Of a stretch of DNA of 64,000 bases, positions 61,148 to 64,000 are shown piece after piece. Location: NCBI RefSeq assembly GCF_001194135.2, contig NC_068986.1:45252979-45316978 (forward strand), given 5' to 3'. The translations under genes were made by a program, and so were the position numbers. Below the pieces are notes generated by a model. The model was given only the letters and a program-made list of their open reading frames with translations. It was not told the origin of the DNA and ran no database searches. Source of the stretch: Octopus bimaculoides. Lineage: Eukaryota. Numbering within the stretch: the stretch's first letter is position 1; each line of letters begins with the position of its first letter.

Positions 61148-63589
61148 CTTTCTACTTGTTCCCTGCCACCACCACTTGACAACTGGTGCTGGTGTGTTCA
61201 TATCCCTGTAACTTAGTGGTTCGGCAAAAGAGATTGAGAGGATAAGTACCAGGCTTAAAAAAAAAATAAGTACTGGGGTTGATTCATTAGACTAAAACAA
61301 ATTCTTCAAGGTGGCATCCTAGCATGGCTGCAGTCTAATGACTGAAACAAGTAAAAGATAAACAACTTTATTTTACAAACATTGTTCTGGAGAAAACTTT
61401 TGACAGAATTAAATGGTCTGTTGTTTAGTGGGCAATTATAGGATTAGGTGCAAAAGGACCAGTTGTGGCGCTTTCCAGGTGATATATAAAGATGCTAAAA
61501 CTAGGGTCAGTATTGGCAGTGCACTCAATTGGACTTACAATAAATGTATTCTCCACACTTTTCTTTTTGTCTTTGATTTAATTGTCCCAGAGTTCAGTGA
61601 AGGACTCCCATGGAAGATTTTGTATACTTTAACATGGTTCTCATTGTATAATCTGTCAAATAATTGTACAAGTTGCTTAAAACTTGAATGAGTTGAATTA
61701 AACGAAAAGGCATCAATCGTTTAAGTAAACAAGGCCAACTTAATATTGTGCAGTGAGTGGAAATAATGGGCACTCAACAAATTTTATGTAGTTCAAGTGG
61801 ATTGAGACTTGATCAAAGCTTCAGGTACATCAAGTATGTTGAAGCAGTTAACAATATAAAGAAGCATTGAAAAGGAGATTATGGGTCACTAGAAATTAAA
61901 CTGATGTCACAGACAAATCACTTGAAATAACAGGTAAATTTTGCTGCTCAAATTACATAAATAGTGCTGGAGATGGAGCTAGAAATATGTATAGTTCAGT
62001 GGAATGGAAAACATCAAACAAATTATTACTGCCCTCGTATGAAAAGACAGACATCTGAAGTATTATGGAATATGTCTGTGAAATTTGAAAAGCAAATATA
62101 GAGGATTTGTATCAAGTGTATAATGGTAACTTGTAAGGTTTATTGGTCAGTGAATAAAGTAACTAAGTATTAAGCACATTGACTGATGTATGCAGGTGAA
62201 ACAAATTAGGTTAGAAAAGACATATATGAGGTAATATTCTGGAAGATAAAGTATCAAGAGTTGGTAGTGGAAGATGTTACTAGCAAAAGTAAACCATAGA
62301 AAACTTGAATGAAGTAAGTTGATCACATAACAAGAGGATCTTTCAGAGTAGATAACATAAGATTTAGACATAAAAAGATTTGTTACAGTAAGCATGAAAT
62401 ACATGTGTTGTGGTGATGGTAGTAGTGAATAGCAGAAGCATTAATGATGGTTGGTAGTGACTGTAACAGTGATGGTGAAAACAAATTAAAAAAATGTTTA
62501 TCAAGAGGTGTTAGATTCCAGACCTATGTTAGGATATTATCTTTATATCTATTAAGATATACCACAGAGCTTTATCAAAGCAGAACAATTTACCCAATGA
62601 ATTTATATACAGAATAGAAGAAAAGTCATATGATATTTAAATAATGTTGCTGAAGTTTAGATATAACAACATTAAACAGTGTCGACTGTGATTTGTATAA
62701 CCTAACATTGATTGAATATTTTGTAGTGTAGTCCTTTCCTGACTATATCTCTAATGAGCAGACTACCAGTTCTTCACTTAATTTTCAAAACAATCTGGAG
62801 GAGTTTAGTTACTCTCATCCCCACCATCTCTCTCTCTTTCTCATGCTCCTTTCCATTCACATTTATAAAGAATTATAGCACTGGATCCCACCTCTACACA
62901 ATGTACTGCATCAACCTTTCAACTTTGTCTGTCTGTGTCTCTCTCCTTTTCTCACTAACCCTTGACACTACTCCTTTCCCTTCCCCTTTCTATATTTCCC
63001 TTCCCAAAACTGTTTACACTGTTAATCTCTCCATTATCACACTCACATCATATTTCACCTTCCCATCACCATGCTGAAAATCATCACTCTTTTTCCCCTT
63101 TCTCCTTCCAGTCATGGTAGTTGTTTAGTCTTGCCTGTGACAAGGTAATCTCACAAGTGCCGGTGCTACAAAAGCCAAAAACCACCTAACACACTCTATA
63201 AAGTAGTTTGCATTAGAAAGAGCAACCAGTCATAGAAACCATGTCAAAATTGAAACACTGGAGTGCAACACAGCCATTTGACTTGTCAGCTTCATGTTGA
63301 AACATCCAACCACTTATGCTAGTGAATTGATATTGATAGATTATGTTGGTGATGACCAACTAAAATCTCATTATTTCATCTATGTTAAAATGAAATTTTA
63401 GTTAAGATTTTAATTTAAATGTGAACATTTTAGAACAGATAGTCTGAGACAGATTGTTAATAAAATGGTTAAGCCATTCTTACCTCAATCCCTTCACGTT
63501 GGTACTCTTCTTGTTCTGATTTCAATGTTAGCTCAATAAACAGCTGTTGGAGTTTCTCATTACAGTAGTTGATGCAGAATTGCTCAAAC
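4856..63589 (-). CDS. MYO1C: Unconventional class I myosin (myosin-IC/IH, Myo61F-like), partial multi-exon gene: 17 exons, motor C-terminal half + IQ neck + TH1 tail; both ends outside or not identified in window
   Basis: Manual splicing gives one open frame of 1693 nt with GT-AG boundaries and matching phases. It contains the myosin motifs [37 protein letters not shown] and [13 protein letters not shown], plus IQ motifs and the Myo1c-type PH signature [12 protein letters not shown]. It is colinear with human MYO1C as recalled. Confidence 0.95.
5950..6360 (+). mobile_element. RTE-clade LINE reverse transcriptase fragment (degenerate)
   Basis: Frames give KAPGID...[16 protein letters not shown]...[23 protein letters not shown]. 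Confidence 0.75.
6600..6930 (+). mobile_element. Mariner transposase N-terminal (HTH) fragment
   Basis: [26 protein letters not shown]...RSVHKILK resembles the mariner DDERSGRP / SVHKIL motifs. Confidence 0.7.
7100..7241 (-). CDS. MYO1C: Myosin I exon: [47 protein letters not shown](R) (PH domain beta1-beta4)
   Basis: Acceptor atcttgtag, donor gtaagt; 142 nt, phase 0 to 1. Confidence 0.96.
7379..7459. mobile_element. 81-bp Tc1/mariner-type mini-MITE
   Basis: 20-bp TIRs tacagggtgtctataaatta (7379-7398) and taatttatagacaccatgta (7440-7459), 1 mismatch, TA ends, inside a TG/TA microsatellite. Confidence 0.85.
9207..10013. mobile_element. Mariner-derived non-autonomous fold-back element with ~220-250-bp inverted arms
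   Basis: Left arm ggtctgatcaaaaagtatctggactgttgcc... matches the reverse complement of the right arm ...ggcaacagtccggatactcattgatcagact; the middle encodes broken mariner motifs ([20 protein letters not shown]). Confidence 0.85.
11170..11640 (-). mobile_element. RTE LINE 3' end fragment
   Basis: Minus frame reads [29 protein letters not shown]...[20 protein letters not shown], typical of the RTE RT C-terminus. Confidence 0.85.
12689..12830. repeat. Palindromic MITE-like hairpin, ~62-bp arms, 16-nt loop
   Basis: atattctgttgtgtctggggagagtcattttcttattgtgccttaaaatttaacacactcacc followed by its near-perfect reverse complement. Confidence 0.9.
13045..13115 (-). CDS. MYO1C: Myosin I exon: [23 protein letters not shown] (divergent TH1 linker)
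   Basis: Acceptor tctttcttcag, donor gtaagt; 71 nt, phase 1 to 0; the only exon found that bridges the phases of its neighbours. Confidence 0.88.
13285..13650 (-). mobile_element. Octopus-type tRNA-derived SINE (family with internal TA/TG tract), minus copy
   Basis: Reverse complement of the family at 26445-26808; ends tacttgtttcagtc; further minus copies at about 12060-12245, 15310-15680, 19370-19500 and 24560-24700. Confidence 0.85.
13872..15111. repeat. Inverted repeat pair (13872-14033 / 14965-15111) flanking myosin exon 14392-14485
   Basis: ~145 aligned bp, about 90% complementary, with one 15-nt insertion in the left arm. Confidence 0.9.
14392..14485 (-). CDS. MYO1C: Myosin I exon: [31 protein letters not shown](A) (start of TH1)
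   Basis: Acceptor tttttgcag, donor gtaaat; 94 nt, phase 0 to 1. Confidence 0.95.
15926..16009 (-). CDS. MYO1C: Myosin I exon: [28 protein letters not shown] (post-IQ)
   Basis: Acceptor ttgttcatag, donor gtaaga; 84 nt; matches Myo1c LC..NMV.KYCRSIS. Confidence 0.95.
16297..16456 (-). CDS. MYO1C: Myosin I exon: [53 protein letters not shown] (IQ3 / post-IQ)
   Basis: Acceptor tgtttttag, donor gtaagc; 160 nt, phase 2 to 0; matches the Myo1c LP..VLD.SWP motif. Confidence 0.95.
17625..17709 (-). CDS. MYO1C: Myosin I exon: [27 protein letters not shown](K) (IQ2 and start of IQ3)
   Basis: Acceptor atattttag, donor gtaagt; 85 nt, phase 1 to 2. Confidence 0.94.
18000..18410 (+). mobile_element. GC-rich probable non-LTR retrotransposon (RTE-like) 5' region with several hairpins
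   Basis: Abrupt GC-rich island; contains ccctgcatgatgtaagaggtgactaaaagggg, resembling a motif recalled from RTE 5' ends. Confidence 0.45.
18906..18974 (-). CDS. MYO1C: Myosin I exon: [22 protein letters not shown](A) (IQ1)
   Basis: Acceptor ttttttcag, donor gtaaac; 69 nt, phase 1 to 1; IQxxxxGxxxR/Q motif. Confidence 0.94.
20955..21240 (+). mobile_element. tRNA-derived SINE with RTE-like tail (head lost in gap), (ACA)n tail
   Basis: About 90% identical to the reverse complement of 44905-45205. Confidence 0.85.
22110..22186 (-). CDS. MYO1C: Myosin I exon: [25 protein letters not shown](A) (end of converter / start of lever arm)
   Basis: Acceptor ttattttcag, donor gtatgt; 77 nt, phase 2 to 1. 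Confidence 0.96.
23178..23875 (+). mobile_element. Two tandem, essentially identical SINE copies separated by a 10-N gap
   Basis: 23195-23524 and 23535-23864 are base-for-base the same, including TA-tract length. Confidence 0.85.
25066..25742. mobile_element. ~680-bp MITE with ~68-bp TIRs and 8-bp TSD
   Basis: TIRs 25070-25137 and 25670-25740; direct repeat gaccagga at 25058-25065 and 25743-25750. Confidence 0.85.
26445..26808 (+). mobile_element. Octopus-type tRNA-derived SINE, young plus copy
   Basis: ggagtgactgtgtggtaagtagcttgcttaccaaccacatggttcc...gcatagccgcagtcaaatgactga; same family at 33900-34230, 39440-40070, 43320-43680, 48400-49012, 60950-61360 and 63650-64000. Confidence 0.9.
27045..27552. 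mobile_element. ~500-bp MITE with imperfect ~22-bp TIRs and a central GA tract
   Basis: attccggtttaagcacccctca versus tatggggtgcttaagccagaat. Confidence 0.7.
37004..37352. repeat. Old tandem duplication, ~190-bp period
   Basis: aattaagacag...aaatatttcattgg...ttgctctga...gccatttaacc...gcattgat occurs twice. Confidence 0.75.
39745..39975 (+). mobile_element. Young, full-length tRNA-derived SINE inserted into an older SINE, 13-bp TSD
   Basis: ggcggtgagctggcagaaacgttagcacgccgggcg...gagttcaaattcc (A/B-box-like); TSD aagacttaaagaa at 39732-39744 and 39976-39988. Confidence 0.9.
40336..40449 (-). CDS. MYO1C: Myosin I exon: [37 protein letters not shown](R) (converter)
   Basis: Acceptor tttccaacag, donor gtaagt; 114 nt, phase 2 to 2. 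Confidence 0.96.
43959..44076 (-). CDS. MYO1C: Myosin I exon: [38 protein letters not shown](R) (SH1-SH2 helix region)
   Basis: Acceptor tataattag, donor gtaaat; 118 nt, phase 1 to 2. Confidence 0.97.
44900..45280 (-). mobile_element. Full-length tRNA(Arg)-like-headed SINE
   Basis: Minus strand starts ggaggcacaatggcccagtggttagggcagcggacttgcggtcataggatcgcggtttcgattcccagacc and ends in an (AAC)-type tail; older copy at 49120-49450. Confidence 0.85.
47650..47755 (-). CDS. MYO1C: Myosin I exon: [35 protein letters not shown](D)
   Basis: Acceptor tttttttcag, donor gttagt; 106 nt, phase 0 to 1. Confidence 0.97.
47852..48083. mobile_element. 232-bp mariner-type MITE
   Basis: ~32-bp TIRs tattgggttgtccggaaagttcgtgccgattt / aaatcagcacgaactttccagacaacccaata; TA ends. 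Confidence 0.9.
49525..49765. mobile_element. AT-rich piggyBac-like MITE family copy
   Basis: ttaactcttttgatatc...gtaacaaaagggtt termini; related copies at about 3320-3495 and 16915-17100 share aaagttattttactaaattcttcat. Confidence 0.55.
50484..50564 (-). CDS. MYO1C: Myosin I exon: [27 protein letters not shown] (loop 2 region)
   Basis: Acceptor ttctcttcag, donor gtatgt; 81 nt. Confidence 0.95.
52365..52460 (-). CDS. MYO1C: Myosin I exon: [32 protein letters not shown]
   Basis: Acceptor actttgctag, donor gtaagt; 96 nt. Confidence 0.97.
52698..53970. repeat. 69-bp direct repeat (52698-52766 and 53902-53970)
   Basis: tctctctttaaattcattgtctttt..tagggttagtaatgat.ttta.actagtgtgcatggcagct occurs twice with about 3 differences. 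Confidence 0.85.
55350..55487 (-). CDS. MYO1C: Myosin I exon: [46 protein letters not shown]
   Basis: Acceptor tttatttcag, donor gtatgt; 138 nt, phase 0 to 0. Confidence 0.96.
56340..57050. repeat. AT-rich tandem satellite, ~174-175-bp unit, about 4 copies
   Basis: aagttaatagtata recurs at 56355, 56529, 56704 and 56878; units are similar throughout. Confidence 0.9.
58300..58660 (+). mobile_element. RTE-related SINE/LINE 3' fragment with (CAT)n
   Basis: catcatcatcgtcgtttaacgtccgctttccatgctagcatggg...ggatgcccttcctaacgccaacc; related copies at 51740-51950, 12400-12560 and 11170-11240. Confidence 0.75.
58807..58887 (-). CDS. MYO1C: Myosin I exon: [27 protein letters not shown]
   Basis: Acceptor ttcctttcag, donor gtaagc; 81 nt, phase 0 to 0. 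Confidence 0.96.
59397..59515. repeat. 38-bp minisatellite x3
   Basis: ttcaaaattagtgggtattcattagcttcagtgttcag repeated three times with single substitutions. Confidence 0.95.
61400..62100 (+). mobile_element. Degenerate RTE reverse transcriptase fragment
   Basis: [14 protein letters not shown]...[16 protein letters not shown] resembles the RTE RT segment preceding YADD. Confidence 0.65.
63484..63589 (-). CDS. MYO1C: Myosin I exon: (S)[35 protein letters not shown] (relay helix region after switch II)
   Basis: Acceptor ctttttccag, donor gtaaga; 106 nt, phase 2 to 0. Confidence 0.97.
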
Positions 63590-64000
63590 CTGGAAAAAGG
63601 AGAATGAATTCATGAACGAAACAACAAATCAGAATTTATTTAATTATATAAGCACAGGCATGGCTGTGTGGTTAAGAAGTTTACTTTGCAACTACAGGGT
63701 TTTGAGTTCAGTCCCATTATGTGGTATCTTGGGCAAGTGTCTTCTACTAAGCCCCAAGCTGACCAATGCTTTGAGAGTGAATTTGGTTGATAGAAACTGT
63801 GGGGAAGCCTGTTGTGTGTGTGAGTGTGTGTGTGTGTGTGTATGTGTGTAAGTATATATGCATGTATATGTGTATGTATATGAGTGTATGTCTTTGTGTT
63901 TGTCTCCCCTCCTGCTCACCGTTTGACAACTGGTATTGGTTTGTTTATGTCAGAGATTGATAGGATAAATATCAGACTGAAAAAAGAAAAAAAAGAAAGA

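Overview
AT-rich, microsatellite- and SINE-dense animal genomic DNA with nine N-gaps. The repeat landscape strongly suggests an Octopus draft assembly (inference). The supplied ORF track misses the real gene: almost the whole window is the interior of one minus-strand class I myosin gene of the MYO1C/MYO1H (Drosophila Myo61F) group. I traced 17 GT-AG exons (63589 down to 4856; 1693 nt, about 564 codons, all phases compatible). They cover the C-terminal half of the motor domain, three IQ-type motifs and most of the TH1/PH tail; the 5' and 3' ends of the gene are not in view. Introns hold tRNA-derived SINEs, RTE-LINE fragments, Tc1/mariner remnants, several MITEs and local tandem repeats. The most notable observations are four. 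(1) A ~150-bp near-perfect inverted repeat brackets a single tail exon. (2) A candidate in-frame 36-nt acidic microexon lies in the PH domain. (3) A ~9-kb CpG-retaining domain sits inside the 18-kb intron just before the converter-end/IQ exons; it is either an internal promoter for a headless myosin or nested gene, or a scaffolding artefact. (4) Several long fold-back elements would form dsRNA in the pre-mRNA of an animal group known for extensive A-to-I editing.
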